Assembly (NCBI GenBank): GCA_965216875.1
Contig: OZ244207.1
Span: 8,000,001 to 8,064,000 of the forward strand
Source: Rubripirellula sp.
Lineage (GTDB): Bacteria > Planctomycetota > Planctomycetia > Pirellulales > Pirellulaceae
Direction of reading: 5' to 3'
Length of the DNA: 64,000 bases
The notes under the pieces are model-generated. The model was given only the letters and a program-made list of their open reading frames with translations, made no database searches and had not been told where the DNA came from. Below are positions 35,524 to 46,050 of this stretch, piece after piece. Numbering within the stretch: the first letter of the stretch is position 1; the number at the start of each line of letters is the position of its first letter. The position numbers and the translations under genes were made by a program.

Positions 35524-36630
35524 CTACTGGGTGAGAATCGATGGCAAGCGACGTGCGATGTCGCGAAACGCTTGGTTCAATTGAGATGCGTCGACGGCGT
35601 GATAGTGTGTACCGCCTGTCGCGTCGGCGATGTTCTGCATGAGCGTCTGGTCAGCCCCATCGCTGAAACTGACGGTGTAGATCGGGATCTCGGCAGCGAC
35701 CGCATCGTTGGCGATATCAAGCGGATTGGGCCCTTTGGTATTGTTCCCGTCACTCATCAACACCATCGCCTTGTTTGCCCAGGGACGAGAGTAGCCAGAT
35801 GCGTTGACGGTCTCGATGCCTTCAGTGATTCCGTCACCGATGTTCGTGCCGCCACCCTTGAATGATTGCGAGATCAAGTCGAGTTCATCGGAGATTTCTT
35901 GGTAGGTTGTGGTCAGGTCTGCCAAGCGTGTTGCGGTTGACGAATACCCAACCAAACCAATCTTCTCGACCTTTCCGGTCGCATCGAGTTCCGCGCAGAA
36001 GTTGTCGACCGAAACGACAAGGTCGAGCCAGCGACTATTCGGTGGAACCGGATCCCCGTAGGACCAACCGGGCGGAGCAGCCGCCGGTGTACCGCTGACT
36101 GATTCATCCGAGGCAAATGACATCGAGCCGCTCGTGTCAACGACTACGACCACGTCGAGGGTCGTTTGTGCATGCGAGGCCTGCGAGCGCGGCCGAATGT
36201 CAAAGTTCGTGCCCATGATTGGAAAAAAGGGCTGAACGGCATCGCCTGCGCCATCAGCAAAGGCGTTTGTGGTCAAGCGGACTGAGTTTCCGTTCGTCCC
36301 CGCAACAAACGTGTAGGGAGCATCGGAGGACGCGCGTTCACTCAACCCAAACTCGAGGTCGTTCGCCTCGATTGCCATGATCTTCGCTTCAACCGGGTTC
36401 AATTGAGCCAGCTGTTGTGCCGCAGCGAGTGCCAAATCTTCATCGCCGGTTGCAACGTACTCAACACCCGCTGCGCGCGTTGCCGCGTCGGTGACGATTT
36501 GCAATTTCGTGTTCACGAATTGGATGTACGCCAAGTTGACAGCGAGTGCTGCCAACGCAAAGAGAACGGGCAACAGGATCACCATGGTGATCATTGTTGC
36601 AGCGCGTCGTTTCTTCGCTCGTCTTGTCAT
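35524..36630 (-). CDS. TadG-like protein with vWA domain
   Basis: N-terminal TM, LQIVTDAA; MIDAS DTSGSM, GGTNIGDG, MSDG. Confidence 0.88.
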   Translation of the reverse strand: MTRRAKKRRAATMITMVILLPVLFALAALAVNLAYIQFVNTKLQIVTDAATRAAGVEYVATGDEDLALAAAQQLAQLNPVEAKIMAIEANDLEFGLSERASSDAPYTFVAGTNGNSVRLTTNAFADGAGDAVQPFFPIMGTNFDIRPRSQASHAQTTLDVVVVVDTSGSMSFASDESVSGTPAAAPPGWSYGDPVPPNSRWLDLVVSVDNFCAELDATGKVEKIGLVGYSSTATRLADLTTTYQEISDELDLISQSFKGGGTNIGDGITEGIETVNASGYSRPWANKAMVLMSDGNNTKGPNPLDIANDAVAAEIPIYTVSFSDGADQTLMQNIADATGGTHYHAVDASQLNQAFRDIARRLPSILTQ

Positions 36631-36690
36631 ATCTCTTTCATCCATCCATATAGGAACGGCGTTTGGTCCCAGCAAACGGGTGCCGGTTGG

Positions 36691-37179
36691 TCACTCAGTT
36701 CGCATGATGACCGTTTCGGAAAGCGTTTGGCCCTCGTAAAAGATCGCGCCGAGCACCGAGTTCTGTTCGCAATCGGCCGCGACGGTCACCGTCAATAAGT
36801 CACCCACTTCGGTCGTGGTTGGATCGGGACTAATCGTGATGTTGTAGGCCTCGATTCCACGATCATCCAAAATCAGTTGGCACTGAGTTTGAACTGCGGA
36901 CTCGTCCGTTCCAGGCAAGATCCCAATGCGAGCGCCTTCGTAGGCTGTCACCGCCAGGTTCTGCTTCAGCTGCAGCATTACGCAGGCCTCGATGGTTGCC
37001 AGCAAGATCACCACCAAGACTGGCAGGCAAATCGCGAGCTCGACAACCGCAACGCCAGCAGGATGACGCGATTGCGTTTTGCCAACACACCGAGAGGGAC
37101 GCTTTCTCGAAAGCACTGATTTGTTCCGCGCGAGAATGGGGCTCCAGACAGCACAGTTCCCGTTGTGACCCCTGCGCAT
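36691..37179 (-). CDS. TadE-like minor pilin (start uncertain)
   Basis: GVAVVELAICLPVL..., AYEGAR. Confidence 0.82.
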   Translation of the reverse strand: MRRGHNGNCAVWSPILARNKSVLSRKRPSRCVGKTQSRHPAGVAVVELAICLPVLVVILLATIEACVMLQLKQNLAVTAYEGARIGILPGTDESAVQTQCQLILDDRGIEAYNITISPDPTTTEVGDLLTVTVAADCEQNSVLGAIFYEGQTLSETVIMRTE

Positions 37180-37310
37180 GCTGTCTGATCAATTGCAGCA
37201 AGGGCCGTCATTGGGAACGATAGTGCGCTCCATGACCGCTTGGGCCCGCATGTTCGACCCGATGGGTGTTGGAATGCCCCATCGCTAGTAGGCATTGACG
37301 ACCGTAGCGG

Positions 37311-38102
37311 TTATGCCGAATGTCGATGCCGATGGATGAACGCCGCAGCCACTTTCGCGACAAATTCGAGATCGTCGGCATTGTTGGAAAGCAGGTGATC
37401 CGCCTCGGCGATTGACACCAAACTGACGGCAGTCTCGGCCGCGGAGGATCCCTTGATCAGGCCCATGATCCTGAGCGCATGATCGAACCCAACCGTTTCA
37501 TCAACGGGAGAATGCAGCAGAAGTGTTGGGGTTTGGACGGTCGCGAGCTGTTTCGGTACATCGTGAACTCGAAAGTCGTCAAGCATCGCTTTGCGTATCG
37601 AGTACTCGCGTCCGCCGATCGTGACTTGGCCGATTCCCTCACTGGCAATCCGCGGATCCATTCGCTCAAGCAGGGTTGCCAAGTGTTGCGTGTCACTGGG
37701 GGCGGCCAAGGTGACGACCGATCCCAATTCGGATCTCTTCGCCGCGGTTGCCAACGACGCGACGCCGCCGAAGCTGTGACCAATCAATGATGACACGGGA
37801 CCCAGGTTGGTCTCGGCAAACGCGATCGCTTCGCCGAGGTCAGCCAAGTTGGTGGTGAAGTTTGTGCGTGAAAAATCACCTTGGCTGCCACCGAGGCCGG
37901 TCATGTCGTAGCGAAGGACGGTGATGCCATGGTCGGCCAAAGCACGCGAAATGCGCACGATCGCTTTCAGGTCTTTGTTGCAAGTAAAGCAATGGCTAAA
38001 GACAGCGACCGGCGCGTCATCGCTCGACGATTCGTCAACGATTCCGGCAAGCTCGAAACCGCTTCCGCCGGGAAATGAAACTCGATAAGACCTACGACGC
38101 AC
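37311..38102 (-). CDS. Alpha/beta hydrolase (resembles the N-domain of OsmC-fused hydrolases)
   Basis: HCFTCNKD, DMTGLG.S.G, GHSFGG nucleophile elbow, HSPVD, ADHLL. Confidence 0.88.
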   Translation of the reverse strand: MRRRSYRVSFPGGSGFELAGIVDESSSDDAPVAVFSHCFTCNKDLKAIVRISRALADHGITVLRYDMTGLGGSQGDFSRTNFTTNLADLGEAIAFAETNLGPVSSLIGHSFGGVASLATAAKRSELGSVVTLAAPSDTQHLATLLERMDPRIASEGIGQVTIGGREYSIRKAMLDDFRVHDVPKQLATVQTPTLLLHSPVDETVGFDHALRIMGLIKGSSAAETAVSLVSIAEADHLLSNNADDLEFVAKVAAAFIHRHRHSA

Positions 38103-38139
38103 GATGAATCAAGCGGTCCAACGCCGCAAACGAATGATC

Positions 38140-39156
38140 TTAGTTTTGGCTTCCGTCGGTTCCGATGCGTCCCGCTTGGAACGCTTCGGCCATCGCCATG
38201 GGCACCTCGGCTTCGGCCAGCACCAACTGGGCGCGATTTTCGGCGACGCGGGCTTTCATCTGTTGCTCTTCGGCGATCGCCTCGGCACGTCGACGTTCCG
38301 CTTGAGCACGGGCAACACGTGTGTCAGCTTCAGCTTGGTCGCTTTGCAAACGAGCGCCGATGTTTTCGCCAACATCGATGTCACCGATGTCGATCGAGAC
38401 AATTTCAAACGCGGTCTGGGCATCAAGTCCACGCGACAGAACGACTCGGGTGATCATGTCGGGATTTTCCAACACATCAAAATGACTGTCGGCCGAACCG
38501 ATCGAGCTAATGATTGCTTCGCCGACACGTGCGATGACGGTGTCTTCGGTCGCACCACCGATCAATTGTTCGATGCTGGTTCGAACCGTAACGCGGGCGC
38601 GGACACGAAGTTCAATGCCATTCTTGGTGATCGCGCTGAGCGTCGTTTTTCCACTTCGCGATGGATCGGGGCAATCAATCACTTTCGGGTAGACGCTCGT
38701 TTGCACCGCATCAAGCACATCGCGGCCAGCCAAGTCAATCGCAGCGGCTTGGTCAAAGTCGAGAGGGATCTCGGCACGGTGTGCCGCGATGATGGCGTGA
38801 ATCACATTCATCACGTTGCCGCCGGCCAAATAATGGGCTTCCAATCGCTTCGTACTGATCCCGGTGTTGCGATCAATGTTCAAACCGGCCTGCGCCGACA
38901 TGACCTTTGCCTGAACGACCACTTGCGGGTTCACTTTGGTGAAGTGCATGCGGATCAAGTTGGAAAGCTTCACGTCGGCCGTCGACATGTACGCTTGAAA
39001 CCAAAGCTTGAAATACTTGGCAAAGAAGAAGAGCAGGATGGCGCCGACAAAGGCAGCAAAAAAGCCGCCAATGATCCCCGCGATTTGCCAGGGGGTCAGC
39101 TGGATGGCGGGCGGTACTAGGAATGCAAAGACTGGTACAGTCATTGGTGTCGTCAT
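38140..39156 (-). CDS. floA: Flotillin-like protein FloA (YqfA)
   Basis: [66 protein letters not shown]. Confidence 0.93.
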   Translation of the reverse strand: MTTPMTVPVFAFLVPPAIQLTPWQIAGIIGGFFAAFVGAILLFFFAKYFKLWFQAYMSTADVKLSNLIRMHFTKVNPQVVVQAKVMSAQAGLNIDRNTGISTKRLEAHYLAGGNVMNVIHAIIAAHRAEIPLDFDQAAAIDLAGRDVLDAVQTSVYPKVIDCPDPSRSGKTTLSAITKNGIELRVRARVTVRTSIEQLIGGATEDTVIARVGEAIISSIGSADSHFDVLENPDMITRVVLSRGLDAQTAFEIVSIDIGDIDVGENIGARLQSDQAEADTRVARAQAERRRAEAIAEEQQMKARVAENRAQLVLAEAEVPMAMAEAFQAGRIGTDGSQN

Positions 39157-39247
39157 GATGTCTCGTCCACAAACGGAATCTTGCTGCGGTCCCTAAAATG
39201 ATAGGGGGGCTGGACACCCGTGCAAAGTCACCGTCGCAAGGCACGCC

Positions 39248-39357
39248 CCTGCCCATCGCAACACAGGCTCCTGCCCGTCGCAACACAGGCTCCTGCCCGT
39301 CGCAACACAGGCTCCTGCCCACCACGATGCAAGCTCCTGCCCATTGCAGCGTCGGCC
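39248..39357 (+). repeat. Intergenic tandem repeat, ~5 x 22 bp (CCTGCCCGTCGCAACACAGGCT)
   Basis: CCTGCCC recurs at 39248, 39270, 39292, 39314 and 39336. Confidence 0.85.
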
Positions 39358-39394
39358 CGTGCATTGACTCAAAACGCCCGACGCCGTTTCAGCG

Positions 39395-39649
39395 TCAAAC
39401 GAACTTTTTCAGCACTTCGGCAACCTTGGCCGGGTCGTCCGATTCGACCAAGTGTTTGATCTGGTCTTCTGGTAGGCCCATTTTTTCGAGATGACTGGCG
39501 AGCCTTTTCCAGACGGTGGCTCTTTTTTTTCCTTCAGCCAAATACAGGTCAGTCACCGCTTCTTGGGCCTTTTGCAGTCCAATGGCATCGCGGTTTTGGT
39601 AATAGTTCTTGATGATTTTTTCTTGGTGTCGGCTGCGTTGTTGGCTCAT
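39395..39649 (-). CDS. Small hypothetical protein
   Basis: 84-aa helical ORF with AAGGA upstream. Confidence 0.7.
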   Translation of the reverse strand: MSQQRSRHQEKIIKNYYQNRDAIGLQKAQEAVTDLYLAEGKKRATVWKRLASHLEKMGLPEDQIKHLVESDDPAKVAEVLKKFV

Positions 39650-39860
39650 GGGGCGAATCCTTCCTTTGTTGGCTCGAGAGTGCGTCCACTGTCGGCGAGA
39701 CCGAGACAGTGAGCGGGGGATCGATCAGGCCGGGCGTTCGGCCTGATTGGACCGGGAATATCGTATTTGGGCTACATGTTTTATAGTAGGCTCTTTCAGT
39801 GCCTAGCCTAGGCACTGGAAGCCCGACGAAATTGACTCGAACGACCGAAAGTGACTGGGA

Positions 39861-40286
39861 ATGACTGTTTGCCGTGGTGTCCGCGGGGCAACAACCGTTG
39901 AGGCGGATGATCGCGAACAAATCCTTTGTGCGACGCGCCACCTTCTGGGGTTGATGATCCGTCGCAACAACATCGAATCAGAAGATGTGTGCAGTGTGAT
40001 GTTTACGGTCACACAGGACTTGAGCGCCGAATTCCCAGCTCTCGCCGCACGCCAATTGCGGTGGCTCGACGTGCCGCTCATCTGCAGCTACGAAATCGCC
40101 GTCCAAGGTTCGCTCGAAAAGTGCATTCGCATCTTGGTCCACTGGAACACCGACAAGCCACAGTCCGAGATCGAGCACGTCTACTTGCACGGGGCCGAAA
40201 AGTTGCGGCCCGATTTGTCAGATTTGCCACCGGTCGACTTTGACGAGTTGGAACAGTGGATCAGCGCACACCTTTCACAGGAGTGA
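39861..40286 (+). CDS. aroH: Chorismate mutase, AroH type
   Basis: [48 protein letters not shown]. Confidence 0.95.
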   Translation: MTVCRGVRGATTVEADDREQILCATRHLLGLMIRRNNIESEDVCSVMFTVTQDLSAEFPALAARQLRWLDVPLICSYEIAVQGSLEKCIRILVHWNTDKPQSEIEHVYLHGAEKLRPDLSDLPPVDFDELEQWISAHLSQE

Positions 40287-40290
40287 GCTG

Positions 40291-41208
40291 GTGGCAAGGC
40301 CTGTCAATGTTCGCTGGCTGGCTCGACCCGAACTGAGTGTGGTGCAGGCGGCCTATGTGGTCGCCTCGGGCACTCCCTGTGTCGATGCCAAGACCGAACA
40401 GATGTTGATTGAACCGGTAACGGCGATCAATACGCGCTTGATTTCGTCCTCGGTCGATGTGTCCACGTTTTGGCAGCGGTATCGCACCGAAATCTCGGCC
40501 GACGAAAACCATCAACGCGCATGCAACGCGGCGCTGATCACCGCTGGCTGCAGCGAACTGCAAGTCGAGCAGACCGGCAAAGCGATCTCGAGTCTGCTTA
40601 GCGAATGTCGAATGAGATTCCAGAGTCGATTTCCAAAGCTGACCGAACAGCTGCAGTTGCGACTCAAACCACTCCAGGACCGCTGGGATACCGCCGGCCC
40701 CGGACTCCTCCGCGCTGTTCAGATTCAAACCGGTTGCAAAGCGTTTCCCAGTCGTGTCGAAGGGTTGCTCGTTCAACCGATGCGCGGCGGCGATGGCGGC
40801 ACTGAATCAGAAAAGCGGTTTTGGATCGAGGCGGTCCTTACCGACATTGACCCGATGTTGCCGGAATACTTGCGCGTCGCCTGGTTGATCGCCAAAGCAC
40901 ATTTGACCAAACAGTTTTGCTCGGATGAGGATTCCGACGAAGACTTAAGGGAAGCTTGGTCGCTCGCTGCGGCAATGCTGGTTCTCGAGGCTGCCTCGCA
41001 GCTGCAACTGCTCATGCGTGATGAACTGCCCGTAGGTCCGGCCGTGCAACATTGGCGCCTCGGAAGTTCGCCTTTGGCCGAACGACTCGACACGTGGTGG
41101 AAAGCGATGAAGGAGTCGGGTAGTGAAATCAACGTCGCGGTGGAGCAGCTGCGTCAGCAGATCAAACCAGCCCCCGAGGCTGACGTTGATTTTGATACCG
41201 ATATTTAA
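40291..41208 (+). CDS. Hypothetical protein
   Basis: ~305-aa ORF directly after aroH; no family recognised. Confidence 0.7.
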   Translation: MARPVNVRWLARPELSVVQAAYVVASGTPCVDAKTEQMLIEPVTAINTRLISSSVDVSTFWQRYRTEISADENHQRACNAALITAGCSELQVEQTGKAISSLLSECRMRFQSRFPKLTEQLQLRLKPLQDRWDTAGPGLLRAVQIQTGCKAFPSRVEGLLVQPMRGGDGGTESEKRFWIEAVLTDIDPMLPEYLRVAWLIAKAHLTKQFCSDEDSDEDLREAWSLAAAMLVLEAASQLQLLMRDELPVGPAVQHWRLGSSPLAERLDTWWKAMKESGSEINVAVEQLRQQIKPAPEADVDFDTDI

Positions 41209-41214
41209 GAAGCC

Positions 41215-41420
41215 TTCGTTCGTCGTACCGCCTTTAGGCGGCGACTTTCCGTAGCTACCTTCGCCAGAAGGTGGTGCGAATTGTTCGAGGTGCGTGCAAG
41301 CACACACCCTACTTTCTTTCGTTCGTCGTACCGCCTTTAGGCGGCGACTTTCCGTAGCTACCTTCGCCAGAAGGTGGTGCAAATTGTTCGAGGTGCGTGC
41401 GAGCACACACCCTACTTTTC
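41215..41420 (+). repeat. Tandem 2 x 103-bp composite REP mosaic (BIME-like)
   Basis: Near-identical units start at 41215 and 41318; each holds CCGCCTTTAGGCGG, the GTAGCTAC REP and the GTAGGGTGTGTG REP. Confidence 0.9.
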
Positions 41421-41915
41421 TCGCGTCATTTCAACCGCGGGGCCTTGGTGGGTTTTTCCGTTGGTGGTGATGCTCCAGGTCTGTTTGATTTTATTTTCAC
41501 TGACAAACTCGATCTTCAGCCCCGACATGTAGGTGCTCCCTTTTTCGACACCTGAATTCTCGGCGAGCTTGAATGCCACCGCGTCATCGGAAGCACCGGC
41601 CAGTTGCATGTGCGGTTGATTGCCGAGCATGCAGTAGTGCGTCAATTCAAGCTTGCCCCCGCGATCGTGATAGACCGTCACCATTTCCATCGGCGAGCCA
41701 GGATTGAAGGTCTCGATCACCGCACTCCCCCCTGCGGTCACACGATAGACAAGCGTCACTTTCTGGGGCCCATGCCCGTGATCCGCTTTGCCAGTCCAGG
41801 TACCGACGAGCCCTTTGATCTGTTTCAACGCGTCCGAACCCTCGTGTTTGGGCAGCTCCTGGCCGGACAGCGAAGTCGAGATCAAGCAGAGGGAAAGTAG
41901 TGCCACGAATCGCAT
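41412..41915 (-). CDS. Hypothetical secreted beta-rich protein
   Basis: Signal peptide; LVGTW.G, EMVTVYH, LTHYC..GNQP. Confidence 0.75.
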   Translation of the reverse strand: MRFVALLSLCLISTSLSGQELPKHEGSDALKQIKGLVGTWTGKADHGHGPQKVTLVYRVTAGGSAVIETFNPGSPMEMVTVYHDRGGKLELTHYCMLGNQPHMQLAGASDDAVAFKLAENSGVEKGSTYMSGLKIEFVSENKIKQTWSITTNGKTHQGPAVEMTREK

Positions 41916-42103
41916 CGGATGTCTCCATTGAGAGGGAATTCGGCAATTCTACACCAACAATCGGCTGATTTTTTCAGGTTGTTGCGTGCGATCGGAATGG
42001 CCGCGCCTTAAAATGAGACACGTCGTGGGCGGCATTTTGCGGGCACCTTTTTGCCCCACCGACCTGAAAACCTGTTCATTTATCAACACCTCCTGAACGA
42101 CTC

Positions 42104-43924
42104 ATGGTGGCGTACCTTTCGGTTCGAAGCGGCCCGGAAAAAGGCAAACAATTCCTGCTCGATCCTAATCGTCCGATGCATGTCGGTCGGGGCACAACGT
42201 GTGAAATCATGCTGACCGATCCGGTCAGTTCTCGGTTCCATGCCGTCGTCTATTTCGAAGACGGCAACTGGCATTTGCGTGACACGAGCAGCCGCAATGG
42301 GACGCTGGTCAATGGCCAGAAGACCGATCACGCGCGGCTCCTTGATCAGACGATCGTCAAGGTGGGCAGCACGGAGATGCAGTTGCTTGAGCCGGGGTCA
42401 GAAGATGGCGAGAGCTTGCTGACGCAAACGGTCTACGAAGACATCACGTCGATCGAGCGAAGCTGGAAACCGGAACACGAAGACCCGCTTGCCGTCGTCG
42501 CCACGACAGGTCACCTGCTTGACCTGTACACGCTGAGCTTGACTTTGTTGCAAAGCGACAACCCAGACGAAGTGATCGACACGGTGATCGAGTTGCTTCG
42601 TGATCGTACGCGCGCCGACGTGGTTGGGCTGTCTTTCGATTCAGGTGACGGACGGCTTCGACCCCAACGTGTTGTTCCGCCTGACCAATCGGATGCGGTG
42701 ACGATTGGCAAAGGCTTGATCCGCCGCGTCGTTCGCGAGGGCGAAGCGATTTGGATCAACGAGCATTCCACCAGCGAAATCAATCCGAACGTTTCGGACG
42801 ATTGGTCCGATGTGATCTACGTGCCGCTCGATAGCGGCAACGACAACATGGGCGTGCTTCACCTGTACCGCGCGGCGCCGACGTTCGAAGAATCGCACTT
42901 TGAACTTGCGGTCGCTGCTGGCCGATTGCTGACCGTCGGGCTTTCGCGTGCCTTTGAACGTGATTCGTTGCGTGCCGAAAAACGACGTATCGCTGATCGA
43001 AACGCCGACAACGACGAACTGCTCGGCAAGAGCCCCGTCATGATGAAGTTGAAGGCCAAGATTCAACGTGTCGGGCAAGCGACCGGCAGCGTCTTGATTC
43101 GGGGCGAAAGTGGTGCCGGAAAAGAGCTTGTCGCCCGAGCCGTTCATCGTGAGAGTCCGCGGAACCGGCGCCCGATGTTGACCGTCAACTGTGCTGCGAT
43201 TCCACGGGACTTGATCGAAAGCCAACTGTTCGGACACCGCAAAGGGGCGTTCACCGGCGCCGATAACGATCACATCGGTTGGTTCCAGCAATCGCATACC
43301 GGAACCTTGTTCCTTGATGAGATCGGTGAGCTGACGCTCGAAGGCCAAGCGAAATTGCTTCGCATTCTAGAAGGGCATCCCTTCTTGCCCGTCGGCGCGA
43401 CGGAAGAAGTCTTGGTCGACGTCCGAGTGATCGCGGCGACCAATCGCGACCTCGCCGAGTTTGTGCGCGAGAAACGATTCCGCGAAGACTTGTTCTATCG
43501 GTTGAGTGTTTTTGAGTTGATCGTTCCGCCACTTCGCGATCGAGACGATGACCTCGACATGTTGATCGATCACTTCCTTGATCACTTCCGTCGGCAGCAT
43601 GGTCGGGCTGAACTCGAGATTTCCGAAGCGGCGCGCGAACGACTCACCACCTATCCGTGGCCAGGGAACGTGCGCCAGCTCCGCAATGTGATCGACAGCG
43701 CCGTCGTGATGGCCGACGATCCACGGATCGAGGCCGAGGACCTTGGTTTGCGTGACGCAGGGCTGAGTCGGATGGACACCCTGCGCATCGACGAGTGGGA
43801 AAGGCGTCTGATTCGTAAGGCGCTTGAACGCGCCGGCGGAAGCGTTCCTGAAGCAGCCAAAATGTTGGGCATCAGTCGTGCGACCGCCTATCGCAAGATC
43901 ACCGAGTACGACATCCAACGCTAG
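42104..43924 (+). CDS. Sigma54-dependent activator with FHA and GAF-like domains
   Basis: FHA GR...SRFHA...D..SRNGT.VNG; GESGAGKE, GAFTGA, FLDEIG, WPGNVRQL, C-terminal HTH. Confidence 0.95.
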   Translation: MVAYLSVRSGPEKGKQFLLDPNRPMHVGRGTTCEIMLTDPVSSRFHAVVYFEDGNWHLRDTSSRNGTLVNGQKTDHARLLDQTIVKVGSTEMQLLEPGSEDGESLLTQTVYEDITSIERSWKPEHEDPLAVVATTGHLLDLYTLSLTLLQSDNPDEVIDTVIELLRDRTRADVVGLSFDSGDGRLRPQRVVPPDQSDAVTIGKGLIRRVVREGEAIWINEHSTSEINPNVSDDWSDVIYVPLDSGNDNMGVLHLYRAAPTFEESHFELAVAAGRLLTVGLSRAFERDSLRAEKRRIADRNADNDELLGKSPVMMKLKAKIQRVGQATGSVLIRGESGAGKELVARAVHRESPRNRRPMLTVNCAAIPRDLIESQLFGHRKGAFTGADNDHIGWFQQSHTGTLFLDEIGELTLEGQAKLLRILEGHPFLPVGATEEVLVDVRVIAATNRDLAEFVREKRFREDLFYRLSVFELIVPPLRDRDDDLDMLIDHFLDHFRRQHGRAELEISEAARERLTTYPWPGNVRQLRNVIDSAVVMADDPRIEAEDLGLRDAGLSRMDTLRIDEWERRLIRKALERAGGSVPEAAKMLGISRATAYRKITEYDIQR

Positions 43925-45177
43925 TGATGCGAGCGATACTTTCGGCTCCCGGCTCCCGTGGCGACGTCAATCCGATGATTGCGATCGGACGTGCGCTCAA
44001 AACGATCGGCTTCGAAGTTGTGATTTCGTTGGCCGAGCCTTATGCCGAGATCGCCCAGCACGCTGGCCTCGACGTGGAACCGGTCGTTTCGTCCGACGCG
44101 TTTCATCAAATGGTCGGCGACCCGAATGTTTGGAAACCGATTCGGGGACCGCGAGCGTTGATGCGCGGCGTCGCCTCCGAATTCCTTGCCGCCCACTACG
44201 AAGTGATTCGCAGGCACCATCGGCCCGGCGAAACCGTTTTGGTCTCGCATCCACTCGACCTTGCTTCACGTGTGCACCGCGATTTCGATTCAAACACTCC
44301 GCTGGTGGATGTCCACTTGGCTCCGTCGATTCTGAGAACAAGCAAAGATCGGCCGCGTCTTTCTCCTTGGTGGTTCGAAACATGGATGCCCAACGCGGCG
44401 ATGTCGGCGACCTATTGGTTTGCCGATTGCTTCTTGATCGACCCACTCATCTGCAAGACGCTCAATCCATTTCGAAAGCAACTTGGTTTGCCGCCTGTGC
44501 GTCGTGTGCTTGATCGTTGGTGGCTCTCACCCGACAGGATCCTGGCGATGTATCCCGAGTGGTTCGCGCCGGCGACAGCGGAGTACTCGCCGCGTTTGAA
44601 ACATGTTGGTTTCCCGTTGGACGATGCCGACGATCGACCCTGCGAAGTCGTCAGCGATCGTCCCGTTGTCTTTACGGGCGGGACCGCACACCATCACAGT
44701 CTCGCATTTTTCCAGCGGGCAATCGATGCTTGTGTCGAGCTCGACCAGCCCGGTTTGTTGGTCTCGACCCATGAAGAGAACTTCCCGCTTTCGATTCCGT
44801 CGCTCGTCAAAACGGCGTCCTACGTTTCGTTTTCAAACTTGCTACCACAAGCCAGCATGCTCGTGCACCACGGCGGGATTGGAAGCACTTCCCAAGCCAT
44901 GTCAGCGGGTATTCCCCAGGTTGTCCGCCCAATGGCGTTTGACCAATTCGATAACGCAACGCGAGTCGAACACCTCGGCTGTGGTCGATGGCTCAAACGG
45001 GACAAAGATCTCGCCCAAACGATTCGACAGCTTCTCGATTCGAAAGACATCGCCAGTAGCTGCGGGCGCACCGCCAAGCAAATGAACGCCACCAACGAAA
45101 CCGCCGCCGCCAAAGCGGCAGCCGAGATCGCTGCAGTCTTGCAGAGGTCGGCAAAAAGATGGCGGGCAGAAGAATGA
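43924..45177 (+). CDS. GT1/GT28-type glycosyltransferase (RhlB-like)
   Basis: GSRGDVNP, HHGGIGST, P.AFDQFDNA. The last ~9 codons run into the AG-rich repeat. Confidence 0.9.
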   Translation: MMRAILSAPGSRGDVNPMIAIGRALKTIGFEVVISLAEPYAEIAQHAGLDVEPVVSSDAFHQMVGDPNVWKPIRGPRALMRGVASEFLAAHYEVIRRHHRPGETVLVSHPLDLASRVHRDFDSNTPLVDVHLAPSILRTSKDRPRLSPWWFETWMPNAAMSATYWFADCFLIDPLICKTLNPFRKQLGLPPVRRVLDRWWLSPDRILAMYPEWFAPATAEYSPRLKHVGFPLDDADDRPCEVVSDRPVVFTGGTAHHHSLAFFQRAIDACVELDQPGLLVSTHEENFPLSIPSLVKTASYVSFSNLLPQASMLVHHGGIGSTSQAMSAGIPQVVRPMAFDQFDNATRVEHLGCGRWLKRDKDLAQTIRQLLDSKDIASSCGRTAKQMNATNETAAAKAAAEIAAVLQRSAKRWRAEE

Positions 45178-45690
45178 AGAGGGAGAGGACAGAAAGATAG
45201 GAGACAGAAAAATGAATGCCGATCACGTGACTCCCGTCCCCTTTTCTCCATCGTCCCCGTGTTACTTGCTCTTAGGCCGGAGGCCGGCATATTTCTGCCG
45301 GTGGCGTGAGCCACCGGACTACGTCCCCTTTTCTTCCCCGCCAAGCAAATGAACGCTTCCAACGAAACCGCCGCCGCCAAAGCGGCAGCCGAGATCGCTG
45401 CAGTCTTGCAGAGTTAGGCAAAAAGATGGCGGGCAGAAGAATGAAGAGGAAGGGACAGAAAGATAGGAGACAGAAAAATGAATGCCGATCGCCTGATGAC
45501 CTATCTCTCTGTTTTTTTGCCCACCATTTTTCTGTCGCTCTTTCCCCGTACTCTCGGCCTTTTTTCTCCTTCCGCTGTCGAATTAGCGATATCTGAGATT
45601 GCCGCAGTCATACTGAGGTAGGCAAAAACATGGCGGGCAGATAAATGAAGAGGCAAAGGGACGCAACAAAGAGGCCTGACCCCTTTGATA
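45150..45690 (+). repeat. Left cluster of the AG-rich repeat (copies at 45150, 45417, 45621) with extra glycosyltransferase 3'-end copies and GTCCCC junction motifs
   Basis: GGCAAAAAGATGGCGGGCAGAARAATGAAGAGG...GACAGAAAGATAGGAGACAGAAAAATGAATGCCGATC; gene-end copy at ~45338-45413. Confidence 0.9.
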
Positions 45691-45701
45691 TTTCGATTGC
45701 G

Positions 45702-45980
45702 TTAAAGGTCACCTAACCCTGCAAGACTCTTTTCAACGGACTGGTTTGAAGGAAGCTCGATAACTTCTCCAATCTCTTTTCGGACCAAGAGCGGCCCATT
45801 CCCAGCCAACGCATGGCTGAAGTCTCGCGTTTCCCAATACGCCTTCGTATTGTAGAAAAAAACGAATCCAACATCGTGTTCCTCAACAACCTCTGGATTG
45901 AAAGCAAGTTCTAAACCGGTATTTCTTTCAATCGCCGCAAGGTACTGATCAGCGATCACTTGAGCTTCTTCTTGATTCAT
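45702..45980 (-). CDS. YrhB/Imm35-like immunity protein (orphan)
   Basis: EA..IA..YL, EH..G.VFFYNT..YWET.D...ALAGNGPLLV.K..GEV; GGGGAGG RBS; lower GC. Confidence 0.8.
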   Translation of the reverse strand: MNQEEAQVIADQYLAAIERNTGLELAFNPEVVEEHDVGFVFFYNTKAYWETRDFSHALAGNGPLLVRKEIGEVIELPSNQSVEKSLAGLGDL

Positions 45981-46050
45981 TCTAGGGCCTCCCCGGCGAA
46001 GCCTTTTCCCAATCATTCGCTTCGCTCAAGTCGTTTGTCGCGGCGATTCT

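Noticed and set aside
38104..39120. 338-aa plus-strand ORF
   Set aside because: Antisense shadow of floA.
39248..39357. 22-bp repeats as a mini-CRISPR
   Set aside because: Head-to-tail tandem with no spacers.
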